From an uncultured Planctomycetaceae bacterium (lineage in GTDB: Bacteria; Planctomycetota; Planctomycetia; Isosphaerales; Isosphaeraceae): 64,000 bases of DNA. The position numbers and the translations under genes are program-made. Position 1 is the stretch's first letter, and every line of letters begins with the position of its first letter. The notes beneath the pieces are model-generated. The model was not told the origin of the DNA. It worked only from the letters and a program-made list of their open reading frames with translations, and did not search any database. The stretch spans positions 1,056,001 to 1,120,000 of the forward strand of contig CAWIAD010000002.1 in assembly GCA_963833985.1 (NCBI GenBank), written 5' to 3'. Shown piece by piece: positions 1 through 11,065 of the stretch.

Positions 1-1029
1 GCCGAGGGTGCTTCCCGGCAGAGTCTCGGCGCTACCACTGGAGAGCGATGGGATCAATGTCCTCTCATCAGATCTTGGAGCCGACTCCCTTCGACCCACT
101 GCCTTGGCGAGGCCCCAATCCACCACCAGCGTTTCGCCGTACTTGCCCAGGATCACATTGGACGGCTTGAGGTCACGGTGCAGGATGCCCCGGGTATGGG
201 CATAGTCGATCGCGTCGCAGACGGCCAGGAACCGCCGCAGGAGCTTGAGCAAACTCAGGGCGCGCTGGCCGGGATTGGCCCGAAGGGCGTCCGCCGCATG
301 ATGGGCGACGATTGCCTCCTTGAAACTCTCGCCACGGATGAACCGCATTGCGTAGTAAGGCCGGCCGTCCGGATAAGCGCCCAGGCCGTAGACGGGTACG
401 ATCCCGGGATGTTCCAGCCTGCCGGTGATCTCGGCTTCCAGCAAGAAGCGGGAGCGGCTATCGGGATCGTCTGCCTGGTTTTCGAGGATCTGCTTGAGCG
501 CGACCTCCCGTTGCAGCTCGGTATCCAGCGCCACGAGCACCTCACCCAGGCCGCCGCGGGCGTGAGGCCGCAAGATGCGAAACCGCTGGCCATCGCTCGT
601 GGCTGCGCCCAGCGAAACACTCGCGGTGCGGTCGGGGTCGGGTTCGGGGCCGGGTTCGGGGCAGGGGTCGTTGTCACGGTCAGCCCTGGCGGCGGGGCTG
701 TCGTCGCGCTGAGTCAGCCAGCCGAGCGACGTCTCGATCTCCTGCTCCTCCGGACAGGCCAGGACGGCACGTGTCGACCGACCGGCCCGAACGGCGGCTA
801 GCCTCTGCTCGACGTCCCCATGCTTCCGGACATGCAAGGCGACGATCGCATCAATCCCTGCGCGGGCCTCGGCGTCGAGGTCGCCCCGGGTGACCAGTTC
901 TTCGGCAAGGCTCCCGGCTTTGTTGAGGGTCCAGGCTTGAAACGCGGCGACGAGGGCGCCCTGGTCGATCAGCCCGTTCTGAAGCGCCAGCAATCCGAAC
1001 AGGAGATCGCGGTCGGCGGGGCCAGTCAT
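1..1029 (-). CDS. Ser/Thr protein kinase (planctomycete type), N-terminal part; runs off the window edge
   Basis: Manual translation from ATG 1029: MTGPADRDLLFGLLALQNG...HARGGLGEV...VALKQI...RFLLEAEITGRLEHPGIVPVY...HRDLKPSN...DWGLAK...LPGSTLG. Absent from the ORF track because it has no stop in the window. Confidence 0.93.
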   Translation of the reverse strand, partial: MTGPADRDLLFGLLALQNGLIDQGALVAAFQAWTLNKAGSLAEELVTRGDLDAEARAGIDAIVALHVRKHGDVEQRLAAVRAGRSTRAVLACPEEQEIETSLGWLTQRDDSPAARADRDNDPCPEPGPEPDPDRTASVSLGAATSDGQRFRILRPHARGGLGEVLVALDTELQREVALKQILENQADDPDSRSRFLLEAEITGRLEHPGIVPVYGLGAYPDGRPYYAMRFIRGESFKEAIVAHHAADALRANPGQRALSLLKLLRRFLAVCDAIDYAHTRGILHRDLKPSNVILGKYGETLVVDWGLAKAVGRRESAPRSDERTLIPSLSSGSAETLPGSTLG

Positions 1030-1618
1030 GAGAGGGCTCCGATTGTCGTCAACCGGGCATGGGCCCCAGCCTCCAGGGCCCACCCGAACCGCAGGTTGCA
1101 CCGGGGAATTATCGCAAGTGCAGCCTGTACTCGCATCTTTGCACCCGAGCCGGTCGGCCAGAAGCGCTTCTACCAGATCTCCATGCATTTCTCGCAGTGC
1201 GCTGCGTCGCCCGGTCGCTCTTGCGAACTGATCAGGACTTGCCATGCGGCGTCGATCGGCCCGGCCGGTGCGATTCTCTGGCCTGAGCCGATCTTGCCGG
1301 GAGGATCGGCCATGACGATCGCTTGTGTCCGTCTTTGGAGAGCAGGAAGAAGGACGGCAGGATCTGAACCTTGCCCCAAGGGAGCGACACTGCGTTCATC
1401 TCCCAGGCCGATCGGTTCAGAGCCACGACATGGCCGCCACAAAAGCCCCCGGCTTTGTACCGTAGACTGATCATGAAGGTGCGGTGCGCGTGCTCCTTGA
1501 CAATCCGGTGGTTTGCAAAGGGATGCACTGCCCTGGCCAGCGGCACGCGCAGGTCCAACCGGATTTCTACCCGCCTCGATGCGGACCGGCGCGATTTCGA
1601 GTAAAAAGATCCCCAGCG

Positions 1619-1893
1619 GAGCCAATGAAAAACGCCATTTAAGTCCAGATCACGAAACAGGCAGCGTGCGATGACTTCGTTCCTGGGATATCGAAATCGA
1701 ACCCAATTTTCCGGTCAATGCGGCATGAGCCGGCGATTGAAGCGGCCAGAGGCCAGACCGTGGGTCGCGCCGCGGTGATCGTTCCAGAGTTCTGCGCAAA
1801 ACGAAGCCAACGAAAAACAGGACTTAAATGGCGTCTTGCGAAGGAGTAACGTCGGCTGGCTGCGAGACGATGGACCGAAATCGAACCCAATTT
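1619..1893. repeat. Two-unit intergenic repeat module with an internal 15-bp inverted repeat
   Basis: cgaaatcgaacccaattt occurs exactly at 1692-1709 and 1876-1893. gccaaYgaaaaac occurs at 1621 and 1806. acgccatttaagtcc (1632-1646) is the reverse complement of ggacttaaatggcgt (1820-1834). Confidence 0.8.
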
Positions 1894-2000
1894 GCCAGGG
1901 GTTGCACCTCTGGCGTGATGAGCGGGAAGGTGCCGCACGCAGGTTCAGCGAGTGAGGGGTGCCCTTGGGGGAGGATCGGGCATCTGGCGGGATGACTGAT

Positions 2001-2759
2001 CTAGCGTGCACTGGGGTTGATGGCCTTGCTGTGGAAGTCGAGACCGAATTGATCGCAGTACCGCTTGAGGTTTTCGAGCGCAGGTGCGTAGTCGGGCGAG
2101 CACTCCAGGGCGGTGCGGTAATTGTGGTAGGCCGCGTGAACCTGGCCCAGGCACTCATGCAGCACGCCCATGAGGTTGAGTGCCTCGACGCAAAGGGGCG
2201 CCTGGTCAAGCCCCGCTTCCAGCAACCGCTCGGCCGCGGCGAAGTCACGCTCGTTGATGGCGCGCTTCACGGGGGCCAGGTCGATGGCCGGCGGTGCGAG
2301 AACCGCGACCGGCGATGACGACGCGGCGAGCTCCCCGCCTGTCGGTGCATCTGCGGGCGGGCCATGCCCCCTGGGCGGTGCCGGGCGGTTGTGTCGCAGG
2401 ATCACCTCGCTCACTGTCCGTCGGAGGTCCTTCGGCAGGACAGGCTTGGTCAGAAAATCCACGGCGCCGAGCTTCATCGCCGCCACGGCATCGGCAATGC
2501 TGCCGTGGGCCGTCACGATCACCACGGGTGTATCGGCGCCCTGGTCCCGGAGCCTCCGCAACGTCTCCATGCCGTTCATGCCGGGCATTTTCAGGTCCAG
2601 CAGCACCACATCGGGCGCTGCATCATGAACCTGCCCCAGCGCCTGGACACCATCGCCGGCTTCCACAACCTCATAGCCGGCCGACTCGAGTGCCGTGCGA
2701 AACAGCATGCGAATGCTCGGCTCGTCGTCAACAATCAGCACCGACGCAGCGTTCTTCAT
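2001..2759 (-). CDS. Response regulator (REC domain plus C-terminal TPR)
   Basis: VLIVDDE...LLDLKMPGMNG...VTAHGS...FLTKP; C-terminal TPR-like EALNLMGVLHE...YRTALECSPDYAPALENL. Confidence 0.9.
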   Translation of the reverse strand: MKNAASVLIVDDEPSIRMLFRTALESAGYEVVEAGDGVQALGQVHDAAPDVVLLDLKMPGMNGMETLRRLRDQGADTPVVIVTAHGSIADAVAAMKLGAVDFLTKPVLPKDLRRTVSEVILRHNRPAPPRGHGPPADAPTGGELAASSSPVAVLAPPAIDLAPVKRAINERDFAAAERLLEAGLDQAPLCVEALNLMGVLHECLGQVHAAYHNYRTALECSPDYAPALENLKRYCDQFGLDFHSKAINPSAR

Positions 2760-2842
2760 GGCACGGGCCTCTCCTGGAGTTCACCAGATCCGGATGTCTG
2801 TCGGAACTCAAGGCAAGCGCTGTGCCGCCCCGCTCGTTATTA

Positions 2843-2871
2843 CGCAAGTACTTGTGAATGATTGACTTGCG
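2843..2871. promoter_or_regulatory. Imperfect 29-bp palindrome (dif-like or regulator-binding site)
   Basis: cgcaagt-N15-acttgcg in the intergenic region upstream of the response regulator. Confidence 0.35.
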
Positions 2872-3042
2872 ATGAAAACACCAGCGAGTCCTGGGTGTCC
2901 TGGCACGGCCGGCGATCATGCGGATTGCAAACCCTGATCGGCAGTTTGCACGGCAAGCGAGTGGCGTCGGGGCGCAGCGTCTGGGTCCGGGTCCATCGCC
3001 TTCGTTGTGCTGGTCGGCCGCAGGGTGGAAGCCGTGGTCGGG

Positions 3043-3648
3043 TCAGGGCCGCTTCATCTCGAACAGGTCCGTGCTGCGGCAGTAGTAGTCGCCGCCCAGG
3101 CGCGCGATGGTGCGCAGCTTGCGCGGGTCAACGTGGCCGGAGGGGTCCAGTACGGAGTCGTCGATATGGATGAGCAGCACCTCGCCGATCACCAGGTTCG
3201 CGGAAATCGGTCCATCGCCGATGGGGAGGATCTGCCGGACCCGGCATTCCATGTGGACCGGAGAAGCCGCCACGCGGGGCGGCCGAACCCGGCTCGAGGG
3301 TTCCAGGGCCAGGTTCGCGAACACGGCCTCGCTCTCGCCTCGGGGCAACTCCCTGGCGGTGAGGTTCATGGGCTCGGCCAGATCTTCCACGGCGGCGCTC
3401 AGGACGAATTCGGGCACGTCGTCAAGGTTCAGCAACGTGTCCTTCTTGGAGCCGTCGCGTCGCAGGCCCGGCGAGAAGACCACGACGGGAGGGTTGGCCC
3501 CGAAGACATTGAAGAAGCTGAACGGCGCCAGGTTCACGCGGCCCTCCCGGTCGACCGTCGTGACCCAGGCGATGGGCCGGGGTGTGACGACTTCCACGAG
3601 CGTCCGGTAGACCTTCACGACGTCGGTGGCGGCGACATCAATGATCAT
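3043..3648 (-). CDS. Flavin reductase-like family protein
   Basis: PRPIAWVTT...NLAPFSFFN...KKDTLLN...IARLGGDYY; its start abuts the hmgA stop. Confidence 0.9.
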   Translation of the reverse strand: MIIDVAATDVVKVYRTLVEVVTPRPIAWVTTVDREGRVNLAPFSFFNVFGANPPVVVFSPGLRRDGSKKDTLLNLDDVPEFVLSAAVEDLAEPMNLTARELPRGESEAVFANLALEPSSRVRPPRVAASPVHMECRVRQILPIGDGPISANLVIGEVLLIHIDDSVLDPSGHVDPRKLRTIARLGGDYYCRSTDLFEMKRP

Positions 3649-4816
3649 TCAAGAGATCCAGCTCAAGGGGTACGTCGGATCGTCCAGCTCCATGGCCAGG
3701 CTTGAAAGCCGTAGCGGGCGATGGGTGTCCACCATCACGGCGAGTTCATCGGTCCGGGTGGCCGCGCGGCTGGCGGCGATGGTGCCGGGATGCGGGCCGT
3801 GGGGAATGCCGCGGGGGTGCAGCGTGAGCGACGACTCCTCCACGCCACGACGGCTGCCGAACCGGCCTCGAACGTAGTACAGCACCTCGTCGGCCTGCAC
3901 GTTGGAATGCGCGTAGGGCACCTTGATCGCCTCCGGGTGTGTGTCCAGCATGCGGGGTGCGAAGGTACACACAACGAACCCGGGCGCCTCGAAGGTCTGC
4001 TGCACCGGTGGAGGCTGATGCACGGTCCCGGTGATGGGTTCGAAATCGTCGGCGTTGAAGGTGTAGGGATAGAGCATTCCATCCCAGCCCACGACGTCGA
4101 AGGGATGGCTCGCCAGCGTGTAGCGCGTGAGCCGCTTGCCGTCGCGCACCAGCACCGAGGTTTCCTCTTCACGGTCGATGACTGCGATCTCTCCTGGACC
4201 ATGCAGGTCGCGCTCGGCATAGGGCGAACCCAGCTTCAACTGCCCGTCCGGGTTGAGGTAGCGCGGAGGGATCGTCACGTTGCCCGCTGCCTCGATGACG
4301 AGCATGTCGGGAGGCGAAGCCGGCTCGAATTCCAGCCGGTAGGTCGTGCAGCGTGGGATGACGATGTAATCGAAGTCTCGAAAGGGCAACGGTCCGAACA
4401 TCGTCTGTAGCGTCCCCTTGCCGCTGTGCATGAAGAGAATCTCATCGGCGTCGGCGTTGCGGAAGAGTTCTTGCTGTGGGCGTTCGGGCCGGCAGCGGGC
4501 CAGGCTGACATCGTCGTTGGCCAGCATGACGACGCGGCCGGTGACCGGGTCACCCGCGCGGCAGCGTCCTGGTCTTGAGGTGATGATGGCGGAGCGCCGG
4601 CTGATCGACCAGGTCGAGCGCGAGCGTGCCGGCGGGCTCGACACGGACCACGCGGGTGGGAGGCCGCAGGTGGTACACCAGGCTGTAGGCCCGGGAGAAG
4701 CCGGCAACCGTCACGACTTCCTCGTAATAGATCCCCTCGTTCAGGAAGCCCGGCTCATGCGGGTGGGCGATGTGCCGTTTCCGCGGGACCGAGCCAAGCC
4801 GTAGGTAGGGCGGCAT
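3649..4816 (-). CDS. hmgA: Homogentisate 1,2-dioxygenase (frameshift near 4555, probably assembly error)
   Basis: MPPYLRLGSVPRKRH...EEVVTVAGFS in one frame; RNADADE...HPFDVVGWDG...PYAHSN..DEVLYY...LHPRGIPHGP...ELAVMVDT in the next. Confidence 0.92.
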
Positions 4817-4851
4817 GGGGCATTCTCCGGTTGCGTTGCGTTGCGGTCCGT

Positions 4852-5563
4852 TCAGGGATGAGCGACGACCTGGTTGCGAAGCGTCCCGAGCCGCTCGATG
4901 GAGAGCTCGACGATGTCGCCCGGCCTGAGCCAGCCGCCGGCCGCCTGTGGCGTGAGCTCGAGGATGCAGCCCGTACCCACCGTGCCCGAGCCGAGCACGT
5001 CGCCGGGCTGTAGCGTGGCGTCGCGGCTGGCATGCGCCAGGAGCTGGGGCCAGGTCCAGTACATCGCGCCCGAATTGCCGCGCGAGAGGACTCGCCCGTT
5101 CACCGCCGCGGTCATCTCCAGATGCAGCCGGCCCGCGCGATAGCAGTCCGACAGCTCGTCCAGAGGCACGATCTCGGGGCCGAGCGAGGTGGCGAAGTCC
5201 TTGCCCTTGCTGGGCCCCAGTCCGACAGCCATCTCCGTGCGCTGAAGGTCGCGGGCGCTCCAGTCGTTCATGATGGTGAAACCCGCGACGCACTCGAGCG
5301 CGCGATCGTCGGCAGGCAGGTCGCGCGTGGCCTTGCCGATGACGCAGGCCAGTTCCAGCTCGAAGTCCAGCTCCTGGCTCGCGCGGAGCCCAGACCTCAG
5401 CCTGATGGCCGATGACGCCCCCGGGGTTGGAAAAATAGAAGACCGGAACACGGTACCACTCTGGCACCATGTCCAGACCACGCTGGCGGCGGCAGGTGGC
5501 GACGTGCTGCTCGAAAGCGTAGAAGTCGCGGATGCTGGCAACCTGGGTGACTGGTCGTCGCAT
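4852..5563 (-). CDS. fahA: Fumarylacetoacetate hydrolase family protein (frameshift near 5380)
   Basis: RDFYAFEQHV...PVFYFSN; LDFELE...MNDWSARDLQ...KGKDFA...GDVLGSGT; lies between hppD and hmgA. Confidence 0.85.
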
Positions 5564-5570
5564 GCGTGCC

Positions 5571-6566
5571 TCACCCGACGACATAACAACCAGGCCCCGC
5601 CGCGCCGGGGTCGAACGAGAACTCGACGACAGCCGTCTGCTGCGTGGAACGCTGGGTGACCTGGACCTCGACGCTTGCCTCTCGACAGTTCGCCGGAGGC
5701 CGCAACGCCAGGAGCACCAGCGACGTGCCGTGCATCGGGACCCAGCGACCGATGTTGATCCTCGTCCCCTCGCTCAAACCGCACGAGAGTGATAAGGCCG
5801 ACATGGGGTTGAAGAGCGCAGTCTCCCAGCGCGGGTCCAGACCAAGCAGCTCGAACCGGTAAGCATCCGCGCCGCCCACGAAAAACATGGCCAGGTTGGT
5901 ACGCGCGGGAAGAATACGCAGCGCCGCCGCCTTGTGACGTTCAACGGCCCGCCCGCCGACGAACACATTGAGATTGCCCGCCCAGTAGACGCTTGGCCCG
6001 CTCAACAGATCGAAGGGGCTGGGAGGCAGTTGTGATTCCGGGTGTTCAGAATTCCCGGACGCACGGTGCAAGGGACGAGCCTTGCGGAACAGACCAAGGG
6101 CCCGACTCAATCGGGCTCGGCCCCGCGTATCGGGAGTGCCGGGCTCATCGCCATCGAATCCCAGGGCCGTCACCAGTCGAGCGGGCGGCAGCCGGTCGGG
6201 CATTCCGAGAGGCTCGGGCATTGCGCGCGAGACATTGGTTCGCAACACGGTCGATTCGCCGGGCTGTAGCGCCGGTACCGCCATGACCGTCAGCCGACGC
6301 CAGGCGACGAACGCCCCCAGCGTCGCCGATTGGACCATCGCGAAGTCTTCGTACGACGGGCTCGACCCGGCGTTCGTCACCGTGATGGCGATCTCGACCT
6401 GTCCCGGGGCCACATCCCGGAAGTCGATGTCCTGGCGACGGACCATCAGGTGCGCCGCGCGCTCCAGGCCGGGCCTGGCGGATCCTGTTGCAGGCCCGCT
6501 CCGAGGGTTGAACGCCGCGCGCTCCGGGTCCCGCTGGACTCGTGATTCCGCAATGCTCGTTGCCAT
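5571..6566 (-). CDS. Hypothetical protein with probable Ig-like/CARDB-like beta-sandwich domains
   Basis: 331-aa ORF with RBS GAGGGGG, co-oriented inside the operon; VEIAITVTNAG...LQPGES pattern. Confidence 0.7.
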   Translation of the reverse strand: MATSIAESRVQRDPERAAFNPRSGPATGSARPGLERAAHLMVRRQDIDFRDVAPGQVEIAITVTNAGSSPSYEDFAMVQSATLGAFVAWRRLTVMAVPALQPGESTVLRTNVSRAMPEPLGMPDRLPPARLVTALGFDGDEPGTPDTRGRARLSRALGLFRKARPLHRASGNSEHPESQLPPSPFDLLSGPSVYWAGNLNVFVGGRAVERHKAAALRILPARTNLAMFFVGGADAYRFELLGLDPRWETALFNPMSALSLSCGLSEGTRINIGRWVPMHGTSLVLLALRPPANCREASVEVQVTQRSTQQTAVVEFSFDPGAAGPGCYVVG

Positions 6567-6625
6567 GCCGATACCCCCTCATGTGAAACCGCCGACACCG
6601 ACCTGACCCCGTTGAGGATACGTCG

Positions 6626-7731
<1,106 letters not shown>

Positions 7732-7773
7732 GCGAACCTCTTCTGGCATCGGAGCCGATGAAACAAGGGAAAC

Positions 7774-8685
7774 TCAGGTGGTCACAGCGTCCAGGCGATC
7801 TTCCTCGAGGCCGTCCCAGAAGACAGCGATGGCGTCGAGCACCTGACGGGCTCCCTGGAAGAAGCGGGCTTCGTCGAAACCCGGCTCGAAGAACACGCCC
7901 TCGAGCTCGTCCATGGTATGCCCGGCGTGCTGGGCCTCCACGCGGTTGTGCCAGGTGAAGAAGGCGACCTTGAGCGCCGGCAAGCGAGTGGCCTTGATGT
8001 GCAGCAGGCCGTCTTCCAGCTCCTGCCAGAAACCCGCGGCCGCCCAGTTCTCGACGGCAAAGCTGGCTCCTTCGGCAATCTGGCAGTCCTCGTTCCCATA
8101 GAGGCGTTGCAGCTCGTTGCAAAAGCGGAGCGTGTAGGGCCGGCCGTGCTTTCGCTTTCCCAGTTCGTCAAAGCCCAGGCCGAGCGCCTCGCCGACGGCA
8201 AGCAGCCACTCGAAATGCGCTGCCCGAAACCGGAAGACCCCGCCGTCGACGGTCCCTTCCGTGCTGACCAGGTCGGGGTCGCCCTCGCGGTCCCGGATGG
8301 CCTCATCCTCGCTCCGCGCCGGGGCGTTCCTGCCGTCGTGACGGCGGTAGATCACGCCCAGCTCGTTCATGAGGATCTCCTTGGCCGCCCGTGCCTGGGC
8401 CAGGGCCGGGGCGTTGACGACCCGCAGCAGGGCCGCGACCAAGAACTGGTTGGAGAAGACCGAGAACTGGCGCACGAAATGCCTTAGCTCGGCGTCGGAC
8501 GCCTGGCCGGCCTGGAACCAGTGCGTGTAGCGATTGCCGGTGATGATGCGATGCCCGAGCAGATCGTGATCGACGCGATCAAGGAAATCGCGAAAGGCAT
8601 CGACCTGCGCGGTGGTGAGTTCGCCGCGGTGCAATCTCTCCTCGATCCGGGGAGAGATCAGGGCATGTTGTGAAACCGTAGCCAT
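7774..8685 (-). CDS. Heme-oxygenase-like (TenA/PqqC/CADD fold) putative diiron oxidase/oxygenase
   Basis: Helical protein with candidate ligand set E108, H157, E212, H246-x3-E250-x2-H253 (FFTWHNRVEAQH). Confidence 0.7.
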   Translation of the reverse strand: MATVSQHALISPRIEERLHRGELTTAQVDAFRDFLDRVDHDLLGHRIITGNRYTHWFQAGQASDAELRHFVRQFSVFSNQFLVAALLRVVNAPALAQARAAKEILMNELGVIYRRHDGRNAPARSEDEAIRDREGDPDLVSTEGTVDGGVFRFRAAHFEWLLAVGEALGLGFDELGKRKHGRPYTLRFCNELQRLYGNEDCQIAEGASFAVENWAAAGFWQELEDGLLHIKATRLPALKVAFFTWHNRVEAQHAGHTMDELEGVFFEPGFDEARFFQGARQVLDAIAVFWDGLEEDRLDAVTT

Positions 8686-8920
8686 AAGAAGCCCCCTTGG
8701 CGGTGAGAGGTGCGGGGGATGTGCTCTACCTTCATCTTAGGCAGGGGGAAGCTGGTGGTCGAGGGCTCCTGAGCGACTAGCACCCCGAGAGCGGACACGC
8801 TGGGCCGGCGTCCTCACCAGCGTTCCGGCAAGGCAGGCACACGCGCGACCGGAGCGGTTCACCACGCGCTGGAGCCCCGTCTCTGAGGGGTCCGGCACCA
8901 AGGGCATCTCGGCCGCCGAT

Positions 8921-10453
8921 CTATTTTTTCTGCCACACTGCGAGCAGGTCGTCGGAGGCTTGCTGGCGGATGCCGTTGTCGGAGAGGACCTCATCGGTGG
9001 CCTTGAGCGCGGTCTGGTGCTCGAAGACGATCGTCTCCGAATAACGGTCGTCGAAGGAGATGGTGGTGTACTTGTTCCTGGTGTCGCGGAGCAATTCGAC
9101 GAAGTGGTGCAAGTTCTTCACCTTCACGCCGTTGACCTCCTTGACCACCTTCGAGAACGGGTTGTCATATCCCTTGGCGAGGGCGTGCGGGAACATGGGC
9201 GAGGTGATTGCCACCAATTCTTCGCCCTCGAAGGCGGGTCGGTCGCCGCGCCGGGTCACCACGGGGCTGCCAATGACCGCCAGGGCCGCGGAGACCGCGC
9301 TGCCGGGCCGGTCGAGCGCCGAGCAGAATTCACGGCTGGCCGAGGAGAAGACCAGGGGACCGTAGACGAAGTAAGAGGGGTAGTGGCCCTCCAGGGGCTC
9401 AACCAGCATGGGCCAGTGTGTGACGACAGGGAGATCAACCTGCTGGGTCTTCCCCTGGCGGATGATCGTCAGCGGCAGCTTGCCGTTCTTCGCGACCTTT
9501 TGAATCAGGTACTGGAACTGAAGGCGGAGATTGTCTTTGAGCTTCACCATCCCCACATTGTCAATCTCGGCGTCGCCGATCCGGGTGATCAGGTCCCAGG
9601 TCTTGAGCGGGTAATCGGGTCTGGTCTCGGCCGGCCTGTGCACGATCATGCCCTGGGCCTTCCTGTCGAGTTGAAGAAAGCCCCGCAGCGCGGGGTTCTC
9701 GAGCGTCTGGAGCGAGTCATGCAGCGCGGGCTTGCCGTCATAAGTGCCATCGGCGATGTCCTTGAGGAACAGGTCGATCTCCTCAGCGGGGATGATGTAG
9801 CCGATATTGTCGGCCTGGGAGAGCTTGCTGAAGATGAGGCCGACCATCTTGCCGTTGACCAGGGCTGGCCCGCCGCTGTTGCCGGGGTTGATGGCCGCGT
9901 CGACCTGGATCCGCAAGCCGCTGACGCCGTCGTTGTAGCCGGCGAACTCGATCCGCGAGACGATTCCCTTGGTGACCGAGAGGCTCGATCCGCCCTGAGG
10001 ATAGCCATACACCACCACGGTGTCCTTCACTTCCGGCAGCGTCTCCACCCGCTCCAGGGGAGGCCGCTTGTCGAAGAACGACTGATCCTCGAGCTTGAGG
10101 ACGGCCAGGTCCATGCCCGGGCTGACGGCTTCGACGGTGGCTGTCAGCTTGTCACTGGATTGCTGGCTCTCCACGTTGAGCTGGCTGGCGTAGAGGACCA
10201 TGTGCGCGTTGGTGAGGATGCGCTTGCCGGCGATGATCACCCCCGTGCCGCTGGCCTCGCGCGGGCTTTGCTTGGTCCAGGGATGCAGGATGTCCGGATA
10301 GCGCAGGGTCGCCGTGATCTTCACGACCGATTCGCGGATGGCGTTCTCCCGCAGATTGTCGGTTCTCTGGTCGTCCAGAGCCAGGACCGGGGTGGCGAAC
10401 CCCATGCTTGCCAGCAAGATCAGCGGTATCCGTGTCATCCTGATGATCCTCAT
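8921..10453 (-). CDS. HtrA/Deg-type trypsin-like serine protease with PDZ domains, secreted
   Basis: Signal peptide; ILTNAH, DLAVLK and INPGNSGGP catalytic triad motifs. Confidence 0.92.
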   Translation of the reverse strand: MRIIRMTRIPLILLASMGFATPVLALDDQRTDNLRENAIRESVVKITATLRYPDILHPWTKQSPREASGTGVIIAGKRILTNAHMVLYASQLNVESQQSSDKLTATVEAVSPGMDLAVLKLEDQSFFDKRPPLERVETLPEVKDTVVVYGYPQGGSSLSVTKGIVSRIEFAGYNDGVSGLRIQVDAAINPGNSGGPALVNGKMVGLIFSKLSQADNIGYIIPAEEIDLFLKDIADGTYDGKPALHDSLQTLENPALRGFLQLDRKAQGMIVHRPAETRPDYPLKTWDLITRIGDAEIDNVGMVKLKDNLRLQFQYLIQKVAKNGKLPLTIIRQGKTQQVDLPVVTHWPMLVEPLEGHYPSYFVYGPLVFSSASREFCSALDRPGSAVSAALAVIGSPVVTRRGDRPAFEGEELVAITSPMFPHALAKGYDNPFSKVVKEVNGVKVKNLHHFVELLRDTRNKYTTISFDDRYSETIVFEHQTALKATDEVLSDNGIRQQASDDLLAVWQKK

Positions 10454-11065
10454 CGCAGACGCTCGCTTGTCGTGGAAGTTTCCCCGCGGCCGCGCATCCG
10501 CGCCGGCTGAGCTGACGGGTCGCTCGTGGCAATCATCTTAACTCCGGAAGCCCCGGGAAGGTAGGGCCGCGTCGCACGGTTCAAGCAGCAATCAATTGCC
10601 GGGGTCGGCAGCCGCGACAATCTGCCCTCTTGCCTGCGAACACTTCAGTCGATACATTATGTCTTGGATCATGGCGCCACAAGATATCCATTTATGCCCT
10701 CATCCGCGCATCGATAGCGCGCATGACGGCGTGCGGCCGAAAGTCGAAAATCTTCCTGATCTTTCCTGGTTCCGATGATTGACCAGGGCCAATCGTCTCG
10801 ATGACACCATGAACGGTGATTCCAGCTCGGTGGTCGAGTGCCGTGACCAACCCGTGGTATGATGCCACGAAGCGTGGGTTGCCTCAGAAAGGACTTTCCC
10901 AGAAGACGTCCGCATGGGAGGATCTCTTTCGGGCAACCGGGAGCCAATGGCCAATCGCGGTTTTGCTGGGTTGAGCGCTACTTCAAGCGGGCCCCCGCGG
11001 GCATAATGCGACGACGTGTTCATCGATGATGCGATGCCGTCCCAGGGCGGACAGGGATTAACGCC

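Noticed and set aside
630..670. Short tandem repeats (gggttcggggcc-like)
   Set aside because: They encode a Pro/Glu/Asp linker inside the kinase.
1619..1893. CRISPR array
   Set aside because: Only two 18-bp repeats 184 bp apart and no cas genes.
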